From: a virus | Virus record (IMG/VR): IMGVR_UViG_3300005731_000180 | Location: 3,663-67,662 of that record | DNA: 64,000 bases | Reading direction: 5' to 3' (one strand) | Shown here: positions 18,551 through 27,918 of the stretch, one piece after another | How the letters are laid out: every line of letters starts with the position of its first letter | How positions within the stretch are numbered: position 1 is the first letter of the stretch | Translations under genes and position numbers: made by a program | The notes under the pieces: generated by a model | What the model saw: only the letters and a program-made list of their open reading frames with translations | What the model was told of the DNA's origin: nothing | Databases searched by the model: none

Positions 18551-19797
18551 AAGCACTATCTTATACAGACGAGCAGTTGAAATGGATTTTAGAGAACGGA
18601 TCGTCAGAGCTTACTTGGGCTGAACTAGCAGAAGAATTTGAGAAAGAATTCGGGATTAAGAAGACTGGAAATGCAATTAGGAAGACTTACTCTCTATGGG
18701 AAGGTCACGAATTTTCCAATGATGAGATGTTGAAGAATATCAGGTCTGCTCACAGTGCCAAGAAGCAGAAAGGAAAAGTGGCCAAGGAAAATAGGCTACT
18801 GCTGGATTACTTGGATCAGCAGGAAGAGATGATTGAATCGTTCAAAGAAATTCTTAAAGCTAATCCTCTTAAGGTACATAAACCTGTAAAGAATAAGAAG
18901 AAGAAAAAGAAAACACAAAGAGCAATTATTATGCACCTATCGGACACGCATTTTCAGTCAATGATTGATGAAGATGAAATGGCAGGTCTAAATAAATATA
19001 CTAATATAGAAGAAGCTAGAAGACTTGCATTTTTTACAAAAGAAGTATGTGAGTTTAAGGAAGAGTACAGAGACGAGACTGAACTTGTTATCGTGTGCAA
19101 TGGCGACCTTGGCCAAGGCATTATCCATGATATTGAAAATACACCTCCTATGACCACTCAATTCTCTGCAATGTTACACTTACTAACCCAAGCTATATCT
19201 TACGCTTCTACAAAGTTTAAAAAAGTAAGAGTAATTTGTACTGTAGGTAATCACTTAAGAATGATGCATAAAAGTAATAAAGGAAGACAGACTCGTGAAA
19301 AGTGGGATTCTTTTGCCACAATGTTACACGTAGCACTTAAGTATGCTCTACTAAGTCATACTAATGTAGAATTTGAAATACCTATAGCCCCTTTTGCCTA
19401 TACTGACATTCTTGGACATAAATTCTTTATAACACACTCAGACACAGTTCTTAATATTGGTTATCCTGGTAAGTCAATTAATGTTGAAACTGCTAAGAAT
19501 AAAATTAACGACCTGAAAGAAGGACTTGGACACATTGACGTAGTTCTTGCTGGCCATGTACACGTAGATACGAAGCAAGTTCTTATTAATGGAACTACTT
19601 TACTAACTAATGGTTCTATGTCAGGTATTGATCCTTTCGCATTAAGTATTGGAATTACAAAGTCATTACCTACTCAGCAGTTATTCGAAGTCACAAAAGA
19701 ACATCCAGTAGGTGATCTAAGAAGTATCCACTTAAACCAAGCAGATAAGATAAAATCTCTGGATAAAATAGTAGAACCGTTTAAAGGTAAGTTTTAA
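18547..19797 (+). CDS. calcineurin-like metallophosphoesterase with N-terminal HTH/coiled coil
   Basis: LSDTH, NGD, GNH, THSD, GHVH motifs. Confidence 0.85.
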   Translation: MKALSYTDEQLKWILENGSSELTWAELAEEFEKEFGIKKTGNAIRKTYSLWEGHEFSNDEMLKNIRSAHSAKKQKGKVAKENRLLLDYLDQQEEMIESFKEILKANPLKVHKPVKNKKKKKKTQRAIIMHLSDTHFQSMIDEDEMAGLNKYTNIEEARRLAFFTKEVCEFKEEYRDETELVIVCNGDLGQGIIHDIENTPPMTTQFSAMLHLLTQAISYASTKFKKVRVICTVGNHLRMMHKSNKGRQTREKWDSFATMLHVALKYALLSHTNVEFEIPIAPFAYTDILGHKFFITHSDTVLNIGYPGKSINVETAKNKINDLKEGLGHIDVVLAGHVHVDTKQVLINGTTLLTNGSMSGIDPFALSIGITKSLPTQQLFEVTKEHPVGDLRSIHLNQADKIKSLDKIVEPFKGKF

Positions 19798-19816
19798 AGA
19801 TAGGGAGAAATAACCT

Positions 19817-20383
19817 ATGTCGAAGGTAAAAGACGACCTTGAACTGGCTCACTCATGCGATATCTACCTCCCTACAAGGACTATATTTCTTACTGGTGAG
19901 GTGGATCAGTCTATGTACGAGGCAATGATAAAGAATCTCCATGTCCTAGACACATCCTCTGGAACAGTAACAATCTACTTCAACTCAGAAGGTGGAGAGG
20001 TTACTCACGGCTTGGGAATCTACAATGCCATTGTTGGAATGAAGAATCACGTCAGAGGTATCGTCTGGGGCAGTGCCGAGTCTATAGCCTCTGTAATCCT
20101 TCAGGGCTGCGATGAGAGGATTATGCTACCTCACACCTATCTAATGGTTCACGATGGATCAGACGGGCATATAGAGGCTCCTAGACACGTTCAAAAGAAG
20201 TGGCAAGAGTTCGAGGACTACCAGATGAAACTTATTGAGGATATCTACCTCGAAAAGATCAAGACCCAATATAAAAGATTCTCAAGAAAACGCTTGCAAG
20301 ACCTTCTGAAAACTGATACAATTTTATTACCAGATCAGGCAATAAAGCTTGGATTGGTGGATTTAATACAGGAGGTTGTGTGA
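19817..20383 (+). CDS. clpP: ClpP-like protease proteolytic subunit
   Basis: RTIFLTGEVD, NSEGG, AESIAS (Ser), LMVHD (His), A.KLGLVD. Confidence 0.85.
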   Translation: MSKVKDDLELAHSCDIYLPTRTIFLTGEVDQSMYEAMIKNLHVLDTSSGTVTIYFNSEGGEVTHGLGIYNAIVGMKNHVRGIVWGSAESIASVILQGCDERIMLPHTYLMVHDGSDGHIEAPRHVQKKWQEFEDYQMKLIEDIYLEKIKTQYKRFSRKRLQDLLKTDTILLPDQAIKLGLVDLIQEVV

Positions 20384-20880
20384 ATACTGATTATTATTCA
20401 GTAAGTGTGGATGCTACGGCAGATAAAGTGAGCAAGGATATTAAAGGCGAATTGCCTATCTGTAATTGCCAATATCATAATAAAGAAGAAGTTATGCATA
20501 TCACAACTGAGACTGACGGAGAGTGTGATAATTGCGGTCATTACGTATTCTGGGGAACTACTAAAGATATTACTCAGGCTACTCCAAGTAAAAGTGGTAA
20601 GTTTAGGAAATCAAAATACTCAGAGTCTATTATGAAAGATATTTCTGTAGACTTAAAGAACGGAGTAACAGTTAAGGACGTTTGTGTTAAGTATGAAGTT
20701 AGTAAAACCTTTGTATATAAAATCAGAAAAGAAGTGCTAGGAAGTAAATATAAGCAAGAGTTGATTAACAAAGTCAGAGATAGAATCAATGAAGGTGTTA
20801 CCCAAGTTGCAGTTAGTAAGGAATTTGGTATTTCACAAAGTACTATCAGAAAGTGGAAAACTAATGAATGGAAAGAGTAG
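20380..20880 (+). CDS. zinc-ribbon plus double-HTH protein
   Basis: CNC...H...CDNCGHYVFWGT; HTHs VKDVCVKYEVSKTFVYKI and QVAVSKEFGISQSTIRKW. Confidence 0.7.
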   Translation: MNTDYYSVSVDATADKVSKDIKGELPICNCQYHNKEEVMHITTETDGECDNCGHYVFWGTTKDITQATPSKSGKFRKSKYSESIMKDISVDLKNGVTVKDVCVKYEVSKTFVYKIRKEVLGSKYKQELINKVRDRINEGVTQVAVSKEFGISQSTIRKWKTNEWKE

Positions 20881-20888
20881 AGGTCTAA

Positions 20889-21272
20889 GTGGCAATCAAA
20901 GGTAAGTACCAAAGAAGCGGTAGAACTAATTCGAGAAAAAAGATTGCACTTTGTAACTGTAAACTTCCTGTCGAACATGAATATGCAGGATACCACAAGA
21001 CATTAGAGAAGGATGGTATTTGCTCCTACTGTGAGCATTATGTTTTTTGGGGAACCAAAGAAGATATGACTAAAGACCTAAAAGAAGTCAAGCATAATAA
21101 AATAAGGACATTCGGCAAAGACAAATATACGCTAGAGTATAAGAATCAGGTGCGTGAAAAGTATGAAGATTCAACCTACAAAGTGGATCAAGTATGTAAA
21201 ATGTTCAACCTTCCGAGAAGTACTATAATGGCTTGGAAAAAGAAATACGGTTGGAAAGCTAGGAGACGATAG
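20889..21272 (+). CDS. zinc-ribbon plus HTH protein, paralog of 20380..20880
   Basis: CNC...H...CSYCEHYVFWGT; HTH VDQVCKMFNLPRSTIMAW. Confidence 0.7.
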   Translation: MAIKGKYQRSGRTNSRKKIALCNCKLPVEHEYAGYHKTLEKDGICSYCEHYVFWGTKEDMTKDLKEVKHNKIRTFGKDKYTLEYKNQVREKYEDSTYKVDQVCKMFNLPRSTIMAWKKKYGWKARRR

Positions 21273-22255
21273 TGAATGATTTTGTAAAATGGTTTCAATT
21301 AAAATATCCTAAATTAGTAGGGGCCATGAAATCCTGTAGTCACCACTACGATAAGCAAAATCTAAATCCATACCACCTAGAAGACGACGTATGGACTCAT
21401 ACGATGATGGTCTGTCAGAAAGCCGAGAACGAGTCACGACATGTCCAAATAGCAGCTCTACTTCATGACATTGGAAAAGTGTTAACCAGAAAGGAGAATC
21501 ACGAAAAGAAACGTGTTTCGTTTTTTGGTCACGAGAGTATGAGTGCCTTTTTATCCTTAGATATCCTAAAAGAACTTAAGTTATCGGACTCGCAGATAGT
21601 CGAGATTTTCCAACTAATCTGTTTGCATACAGAACCCTTCAAGCTGACGGAAGACGAGCTAAACAAGAGACTGATATCCAATATTGACCTTGCAGAGAAC
21701 CTAGTTAGACTAAATAAGGTAGACGGAGAGGGAAGGTTTTACGACAACGAATCAGATCGTGAAGTATCTCTTAGTCCGCAGGTTAGCATCGACTGTAATA
21801 AAAAATCCTCAGAGGTGACATTTCTAGTCGGACTTCCGTGTTCTGGTAAGTCTACTTTTGCCAAAGAAGCAGATATTGTATTAAGTAGGGATGATCTCGT
21901 GGAAGAGTTGGGAACTGGAGATACCTATTTGGAGTGTTGGAAAACGGTAGACCAGAAAGAAGTAGATAAGGAATTACAGTCCAGGTTCAGAAAGCTCGTA
22001 AAGGAAGGTAAAAGTTTTACGATTGATATGACGAACTTGAATAGGAAATCGAGAAGAAAATGGCTAAATCAATTACCTGCTTGCTATTCCAAGAAAGCTG
22101 TGGTATTATTAACAGGACTAGCAGAGTTAAAAAAACGTAATGAAGCTAGAGAGGGTAAAACTATACCAGAAGATGTTATCGAAAATATGTGTAAGAGTTT
22201 CTACCCACCTATGTTTGACGAATTTAACATTATAGAATGGAGAGTAAGTAAATGA
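21272..22255 (+). CDS. HD-domain phosphohydrolase fused to P-loop polynucleotide kinase (RNA end healing)
   Basis: YHLE..VWTHT, ALLHDIGK, GHE; GLPCSGKST, SRDD, DMTNL..R. Confidence 0.85.
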   Translation: MNDFVKWFQLKYPKLVGAMKSCSHHYDKQNLNPYHLEDDVWTHTMMVCQKAENESRHVQIAALLHDIGKVLTRKENHEKKRVSFFGHESMSAFLSLDILKELKLSDSQIVEIFQLICLHTEPFKLTEDELNKRLISNIDLAENLVRLNKVDGEGRFYDNESDREVSLSPQVSIDCNKKSSEVTFLVGLPCSGKSTFAKEADIVLSRDDLVEELGTGDTYLECWKTVDQKEVDKELQSRFRKLVKEGKSFTIDMTNLNRKSRRKWLNQLPACYSKKAVVLLTGLAELKKRNEAREGKTIPEDVIENMCKSFYPPMFDEFNIIEWRVSK

Positions 22256-22317
22256 AAGTAATTATGAAAGCATACGCAGGGTCGCACTTATTTGGAACAA
22301 ATACAGAAAACATATAA
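22252..22317 (+). pseudogene. N-terminal remnant of a Pol-beta-superfamily (RlaP/NrdC.11-like) nucleotidyltransferase
   Basis: ATGA-coupled MKVIMKAYAGSHLFGTNTENI*; GSH.FGTNT precedes the catalytic SDxD in this family. Confidence 0.6.
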
Positions 22318-22369
22318 CATTCGACTTGTGATGTATTTTATAATATAGGTAATACATATAGGAATAAGT

Positions 22370-22960
22370 GTGGGAAAGTTTATAGATAGAACTGGTCAAA
22401 AATTTGGAAGATTGACAGTAATAGAGAGGTTTATTGAAGAAGGAAAACCAAGACGAAGAACTCAATGGAAAGTTAGTTGTGAATGTGGAACAGAAAAGGT
22501 AGTGGATAGTGATAACATGGTTGCTGGTAAAATAAAAAGTTGTGGTTGTCTGGCTTTAGAAAAAAATAAAACAAACTTTAAAGGTAAAACTCCAGCTAAT
22601 ACTTTAGAAAAAGGAGAAGGTTCTTTGTCCTGCTTAATTAATAAATATAAGGTAGGAGCTAGAAGAAGAGGTTTTGAATATAATTTGACTAGAGAAGAGT
22701 TTAGAAAACTAAGTAAACAAAATTGTAATTATTGTGGTTTGGAACCTTCAAAATCTATACAAGGTCAAAGGTCTAATGGAGAATACACATACAATGGAAT
22801 AGATCGAATTGATTCGTCTAAAGGTTATTTTAAGGAAAATTGTGTACCTTGCTGTGAATTTTGTAATAAAGCTAAATTAAATCATTCATTAGAAGAATTT
22901 AATAATTGGATTGAGCGAATAATAAATTTTAGAAAGGAAAAAGAAAATGATAACTTATAA
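22370..22960 (+). CDS. HNH homing endonuclease
   Basis: DRTGQKFGRLTV, CECG, SCGC, C.YCG, GIDRIDSSKGY..ENCVPCC..CN.AK. Confidence 0.85.
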   Translation: MGKFIDRTGQKFGRLTVIERFIEEGKPRRRTQWKVSCECGTEKVVDSDNMVAGKIKSCGCLALEKNKTNFKGKTPANTLEKGEGSLSCLINKYKVGARRRGFEYNLTREEFRKLSKQNCNYCGLEPSKSIQGQRSNGEYTYNGIDRIDSSKGYFKENCVPCCEFCNKAKLNHSLEEFNNWIERIINFRKEKENDNL

Positions 22961-24035
22961 GCCAAACTTTACAGAATTAGAAAAACTATCAGAAGAAGGT
23001 TACTTAAGAAAGGTCGTAAGTCCTTGCAACAAGTTAGTACTTTTTAATTATACCGATAAATGCACCTTCGAGAGAAAGTGGAATAAGCATACCCTAAACT
23101 CTCGTGGAACAGTGTACGAAATCGAGTCTGGAAAGACTGTAGCACGTGCTTTCCAAAAGTTTTTCAACTTCTCAGAATTAACTTCATGTAAGCAGAAGAC
23201 TATCTTAAACGGTAGTGGAGTGTATGCAAGTTATACATCTCACGAAAAGGCAGACGGTTCATTAGGAATCATCTACCACTATGATGGAACTTGGAGAGTA
23301 AACACTAGAGGTAGTTTTACTTCAGACCAAGCTATCAGAGGTGCCGAGATTTTAAAGAACTACGATATTTCCAAGTTAAACAAAAACTTAACCTACCTCT
23401 GTGAAATAATCTACCCTGAGAATAAAATCATTGTGGAATACGGAGACGTAGAAAAGTTGGTACTACTGGCAGCTTTTGGAACTGAATCAGGAAGGGAAGT
23501 ATTACTTGACGGATTTAACCAACCGTTTGAAGTGGCTGAAACTTACAGTCACACAATCAAGGAAATGATCGAACTTCAGAAGACTATTCCAAAAGATCAA
23601 GAGGGATTCGTAGTTAGATTTTCCAATGGTGAACGTGTCAAATTTAAGGGACACGAATATCTCCAAATTGCAAGGATTCTGAAAAACTGCTCACCGTTAG
23701 CTTTATGGGAAAATATGTCAGACGGTATTGTCGATAGGAAGTTTCTTGAGACAATTCCAGAAGAGATTTATCCAGAAGTGGAACCTATTGTAGAGAAGCT
23801 GGAAGTAAATTATTATCTTACATTATTTCATTTAAGTTTAGAAGCAGGACGAGTTTCATTAGATATCGGAACATCCGAATTAAATAGCAACGAAGACAGG
23901 AAGAAGTTAGGACTTTACCTTAAAGAAAATAGAGTAAAACATTCTTCTGCTATGTTTCCTTATTTCCTGAAACAGTACGACAGAGTTCAAGACTATATAA
24001 TGAAAACTATCCGCCCTACTGGTAACGTATTATGA
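22947..24035 (+). CDS. RNA ligase, T4 Rnl1-like
   Basis: LFNYT, RG....ARAF.KFFN, motif I EKADGSLG, TRGSF, motif IV EGFVV, motif V KFK..EY. Confidence 0.9.
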   Translation: MITYKPNFTELEKLSEEGYLRKVVSPCNKLVLFNYTDKCTFERKWNKHTLNSRGTVYEIESGKTVARAFQKFFNFSELTSCKQKTILNGSGVYASYTSHEKADGSLGIIYHYDGTWRVNTRGSFTSDQAIRGAEILKNYDISKLNKNLTYLCEIIYPENKIIVEYGDVEKLVLLAAFGTESGREVLLDGFNQPFEVAETYSHTIKEMIELQKTIPKDQEGFVVRFSNGERVKFKGHEYLQIARILKNCSPLALWENMSDGIVDRKFLETIPEEIYPEVEPIVEKLEVNYYLTLFHLSLEAGRVSLDIGTSELNSNEDRKKLGLYLKENRVKHSSAMFPYFLKQYDRVQDYIMKTIRPTGNVL

Positions 24036-24277
24036 AATTCTCAGTCCTATACCTACTACTGTCCGTAAACCTGTTCGCAGTAGCTTACTATAGCGAAGTG
24101 AAAGAGGTTGACAGTGGTGTGAAGAAAATGGAAATCGAGAGGTCGTGCCAAGCAGGTGTACTGTTTTACGTGACACAGTACCCAGAGGAGCTTCCACTTG
24201 CTGAAAAGAATACCAGAATAAGGTATATCTCGAAGGTGTGTGGAAAGTTAGCTAAAACTTACATGGAGATAAAATGA
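24032..24277 (+). CDS. secreted or membrane hypothetical protein
   Basis: N-terminal hydrophobic segment. Confidence 0.5.
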   Translation: MKFSVLYLLLSVNLFAVAYYSEVKEVDSGVKKMEIERSCQAGVLFYVTQYPEELPLAEKNTRIRYISKVCGKLAKTYMEIK

Positions 24278-24555
24278 GCTTCACTAGTAGTAGTACCTTA
24301 AATGATTTACAGAATTTCCTATTTATACGACATAGTATAAATATATACCAAGACCCTTCAACATGTGGGTATGTTTTGGAGAAGGTGTTGCGTAGTGGCG
24401 ATATTTCACGACCTGTGGAAGTTACGCTTTATGGTGAAGATTTGCTTAGATACCGTTTTGAACATGTTATCAAAAAGTATGTACTTGAATTATTGGGACA
24501 GTGCGAGACTGTTAAAATTAGTACAAAGTTTTTTACAGGAGTTGAGCTGAAATGA
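24274..24555 (+). CDS. hypothetical protein
   Basis: ATGA coupling. Confidence 0.5.
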   Translation: MSFTSSSTLNDLQNFLFIRHSINIYQDPSTCGYVLEKVLRSGDISRPVEVTLYGEDLLRYRFEHVIKKYVLELLGQCETVKISTKFFTGVELK

Positions 24556-24787
24556 TAACTTTTAAAAGAGAAGTTAATGCCTAAAAGAGACAAATCAAAG
24601 TATATCTTCGGCGAGGTGGTAAAGTCGTTCTTTGGAGTAATTACTGTACGAATAGTATGTGACTGTAGGGCTTTTAGAGAAGGCGAAGAAGTTATAATTA
24701 AAGGTAGACATAAGTTCCCAATCGGTAGCCTAGTTGGAGTGTATTTTAATGGTAGTTATGTTGCAAGGACACTTGCTCTAATTCGAG

Positions 24788-25240
24788 GTGGAAGTGAAGC
24801 TGAGTAAACTTGAGGCTTTTATGGCCATTGCAGAAGACATTGCAGCCCTATCTCCCGATATCCACACAAAAGTTGGCTCTATAGCAGTACATCCCGAGAC
24901 CTACGACTGTATCCTGCCTAGCTACAATGGATACATTTCGGAAGCTAACGACCAGGTAATCCCTAAAACGAGACCAGAGAAATACGAATACATGATCCAT
25001 TCTGAAATGAATATGATCTGCCAAGCTGCCAAGAAAGGGAGAGCTTTGGATGGTTACTGGTCTATCCAAACACTGAGTCCATGCACTAGCTGTATGCGGA
25101 TTCTGTACCAATCTGGAATACGTACAATAGTATTTAAGGACAAATATCGGGACTTCGATAAACAAAAAGAGATGTTAGACTTAAATTTAACCTTGACTCG
25201 AATTGGAAACTTTGTTAAAATAGTTCTAGAGCCGAAGTAA
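24788..25240 (+). CDS. dCMP deaminase
   Basis: S.D..TKVG, YNG, HSEMN, TLSPCTSC. Confidence 0.9.
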   Translation: MEVKLSKLEAFMAIAEDIAALSPDIHTKVGSIAVHPETYDCILPSYNGYISEANDQVIPKTRPEKYEYMIHSEMNMICQAAKKGRALDGYWSIQTLSPCTSCMRILYQSGIRTIVFKDKYRDFDKQKEMLDLNLTLTRIGNFVKIVLEPK

Positions 25241-25256
25241 GGCAAAGGAGAAAATT

Positions 25257-26048
25257 ATGTATTTTATGAATAAGCCATGTGATATTATTAAAGAAATTAA
25301 TGATTATGAAACATTAGTAGAAGTTTACGAAGAAGTGTATGATGAATTTGTAGGTTCTTTTGAGTCATCGGTAAGAATGATAGTACCTTCTAAAGATTTA
25401 CATAAACGTCCAGTTAATGTGTCTGATGTATTCGAAAAAACCAAAAAAGAAGCTATCGAGTCTGTTAAAGAAGAGACTACTAGGTTAATCGAAGAAAGGA
25501 AAACTAAATTAAATACTATTGAAAGTTCTATAAAAGACTTGGAGAATAAAAAGAACATCCTTTTAAAATCACTCGAACAATTAGATAATAGTGACCAAAT
25601 AACGAAGTTGCTGACTAATGATTTTAATTTTATTGTAGTAACTAATGGTTATTTATTCGGAATGTATCCTAAAGATAAGTTTATAGGAAGTGGTGTGGAA
25701 TATGCAAACGAAGGTGAATTAAATGCAATTTCTTATAGATCAGTAGGTAATAAGAAAGTTAAACCTATGTTAATGCAATACAGAGATAGTTCTGGTAATC
25801 GTTATCCTATGGACATAGCAGATACTGAGGAAGAAGCAAAAGAATTATGTTTAAAGTACTGGCTTTTACTTGATGATTACGATAAAGGAAGACATTTAGA
25901 CAAAATGATAGACTTTGGTTTTGGTGACATTCAGGAAGTTAAAGAGTTTTCTGAAAAAGAAAACAAAGTTGAACAAGAGAGAATTTTAAAAGATATTAAT
26001 GAAACTAAGAAAAAACTACAGAACTTGGAAAGTAAGTTAAAAAGATAA
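25257..26048 (+). CDS. hypothetical coiled-coil protein
   Basis: SD aaggag; 263 aa. Confidence 0.65.
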   Translation: MYFMNKPCDIIKEINDYETLVEVYEEVYDEFVGSFESSVRMIVPSKDLHKRPVNVSDVFEKTKKEAIESVKEETTRLIEERKTKLNTIESSIKDLENKKNILLKSLEQLDNSDQITKLLTNDFNFIVVTNGYLFGMYPKDKFIGSGVEYANEGELNAISYRSVGNKKVKPMLMQYRDSSGNRYPMDIADTEEEAKELCLKYWLLLDDYDKGRHLDKMIDFGFGDIQEVKEFSEKENKVEQERILKDINETKKKLQNLESKLKR

Positions 26049-26063
26049 GGCAAGGGAGAGTAA

Positions 26064-26456
26064 GTGAATGAGATAATATTTTTAGCAGTAATGGTATTAG
26101 TTCTAACTGTATTGTTAATTGTAGTTAGGTATTTTTTTAGTAAATCTGAAAAAGAATACGAACAAAGAAAAGCTGACCTCGAAAAGAAGGTCTCATTCGC
26201 TAAAGCAGCTCCTCCGTGTAGGGTTTACTTCATCGACAAAGATGGAAAGCAGAAAAAGACTAAATTATTCAAGGCTTATGTATTCAAAGATTTGTACTTT
26301 GAGTTTGTAGATTTTCCTAAAACAGTCGCAGAGAAGTATATCAAAAACTCCTTCAAAGATGGATATTTAACCGACGAAAAAGGCAAGCACTACCCATCAT
26401 GTAACATAAAGCAAGTTTGGGTCAGTGAGGAGATTCAAGATGACAGTGTGGAATAA
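26064..26456 (+). CDS. membrane-anchored hypothetical protein
   Basis: N-terminal TM. Confidence 0.6.
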   Translation: MNEIIFLAVMVLVLTVLLIVVRYFFSKSEKEYEQRKADLEKKVSFAKAAPPCRVYFIDKDGKQKKTKLFKAYVFKDLYFEFVDFPKTVAEKYIKNSFKDGYLTDEKGKHYPSCNIKQVWVSEEIQDDSVE

Positions 26457-26817
26457 AGACGAGACTCTGGAGTTGGTAAAGCTAAACAAAAGTGGTATGC
26501 CAATTAGAGAAATCCGTAAAGAATTACATCTAAAATTTGGAAACAAGAGAACTCAAGCATCGGTTTACGGTAAGCTGAAAAACATTAAGAGACACGGTAT
26601 CCCGACATTTCCTGAGCCAGTAAGCATTAAGACACTTCAGGAGGTGCGAGACGAGCATATATACGACACGTACATCCACTTTAACGAGAACGGTCTGAAG
26701 GCTGCCAAGAGCTTAGGAGTGACGGAAAAGACGTTCTGTAGGCTTATTAGAAATGCGAAGATGAAAGTAAAAGCAGATTGGGAAAGATTTGCTGAAGAAG
26801 TAGGGAGGGAGGAGTAA
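26440..26817 (+). CDS. two-HTH putative transcription regulator (GcrA-like N-terminus, Fis-like C-terminus)
   Basis: W.KDE..EL..L..SG....EI..EL....RT..SV.GK; N..KAAKSLGV...TF.RL; ATG 26440 after SD gaggag. Confidence 0.55.
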   Translation: MTVWNKDETLELVKLNKSGMPIREIRKELHLKFGNKRTQASVYGKLKNIKRHGIPTFPEPVSIKTLQEVRDEHIYDTYIHFNENGLKAAKSLGVTEKTFCRLIRNAKMKVKADWERFAEEVGREE

Positions 26818-27128
26818 TGTTTTACGACGATAGGGTAGAAGAATGGATTAGACACCATAAAACTGAGTTGACTAGTCTTAGTAAAAGTGGTAAAAAGGTA
26901 TGTTTTTTACGTAATAAGTTTTTAAGGTTATATGAGATTTACATACGATATACTTATACTAGTTTTATTGGATTTCGTTTTAACGAACTTTATGAGGTGA
27001 AGTATAATGATGTTATAGTTCCTACTAGAGATGCTAAAAAGTTATTTAAACTTGCCGAGTCTATAATGAAAGATAATGAGAAAGCAGCGTTAGAAAGAAT
27101 AACAAAATATGCATTGGAGAACCTGTGA
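26817..27128 (+). CDS. hypothetical protein
   Basis: SD ggagg, coupled. Confidence 0.55.
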   Translation: MFYDDRVEEWIRHHKTELTSLSKSGKKVCFLRNKFLRLYEIYIRYTYTSFIGFRFNELYEVKYNDVIVPTRDAKKLFKLAESIMKDNEKAALERITKYALENL

Positions 27129-27565
27129 AACTTAAGTTCAAAAAACTACACCCCAAAGCAAAAGCTCCTGTAAGACAGCATACTCAGGACGCAGGTTTTG
27201 ACCTGACGGTAACAGAAAAAATCCTAAATGGTTACTACAACCAAGTGGAATACGGATTCGGAATTGCTGTAGAGATTCCCGACAACCATGTTGGACTACT
27301 ATTTCCAAGAAGCTCTGTCTACAGGAAGGACTTGACACTGAGCAATTGTGTGGGAGTTTTGGATGCCTGTTATCGTGGAGAAATCAGAGCTATCTTCCGT
27401 AAGACGAGGGAATGTGACTCTGCATACTCAGCAAAGGTTTACGAAGTGGGAGAAAGAGCGATACAGCTTGTTATAGTCCCATTGGCAAATATTACAGAAA
27501 CAGAAGAAGTTGACGAACTGACACCTACTGACAGAGGTGAAGGTGGATTCGGTTCAACGAATTAA
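27125..27565 (+). CDS. dut: trimeric dUTPase
   Basis: AGFDL, PRSS, GVLDACYRGEI, GERAIQL, RGEGGFGST. Confidence 0.95.
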   Translation: MKLKFKKLHPKAKAPVRQHTQDAGFDLTVTEKILNGYYNQVEYGFGIAVEIPDNHVGLLFPRSSVYRKDLTLSNCVGVLDACYRGEIRAIFRKTRECDSAYSAKVYEVGERAIQLVIVPLANITETEEVDELTPTDRGEGGFGSTN

Positions 27566-27578
27566 TAAGGAGCAGAAA

Positions 27579-27842
27579 ATGAAATGTATTTTTACTGGAC
27601 AAGAAACGAAGAACAAAACACGTAACCTGCCTGTATCCAGAGAAGGTCGTAAAGTTATGCGTGAGCGTCAGCTTATCATGGCAGAAGCGAAGCTGGAGGA
27701 GCATCACAAGTTTATCGAGTCTCTAAACGAAAAGGGACAGTTCTCTGATCCGCTAATCGCACAGACTACGGTTAAGGATTTTATGCCAAGTATTACTGAA
27801 GTTTTACAAGAGCAAGTTAGACAAAATAACTTAGAAGAGTAG
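27579..27842 (+). CDS. hypothetical protein
   Basis: Likely start MKCIFTG after SD aaggag. Confidence 0.55.
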   Translation: MKCIFTGQETKNKTRNLPVSREGRKVMRERQLIMAEAKLEEHHKFIESLNEKGQFSDPLIAQTTVKDFMPSITEVLQEQVRQNNLEE

Positions 27843-27846
27843 CAAG

Positions 27847-27869
27847 GAGCCGAGAAAATCGGCTCTTTT
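27847..27869 (+). terminator. intrinsic terminator with the same stem as 1410-1434
   Basis: GAGCCGA-gaaaa-TCGGCTC-TTTT. Confidence 0.8.
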
Positions 27870-27872
27870 CCC

Positions 27873-27901
27873 TTGACACAAATTCCCGACTCTGCTATAA
27901 T
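27873..27901 (+). promoter_or_regulatory. sigma70-type promoter
   Basis: TTGACA-N17-TATAAT with extended -10 TG. Confidence 0.85.
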
Positions 27902-27918
27902 ACCTAAAAGGGAGCTAA

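Noticed and set aside
19817-20383. ClpP as the prohead maturation protease
   Set aside because: Located in the early arm on the opposite strand, far from the portal-scaffold-capsid module; not fully excluded
22317-22947. Group I intron restoring the nucleotidyltransferase
   Set aside because: No second exon is visible, the HNH overlaps the ligase start, and there is no room for a ribozyme core
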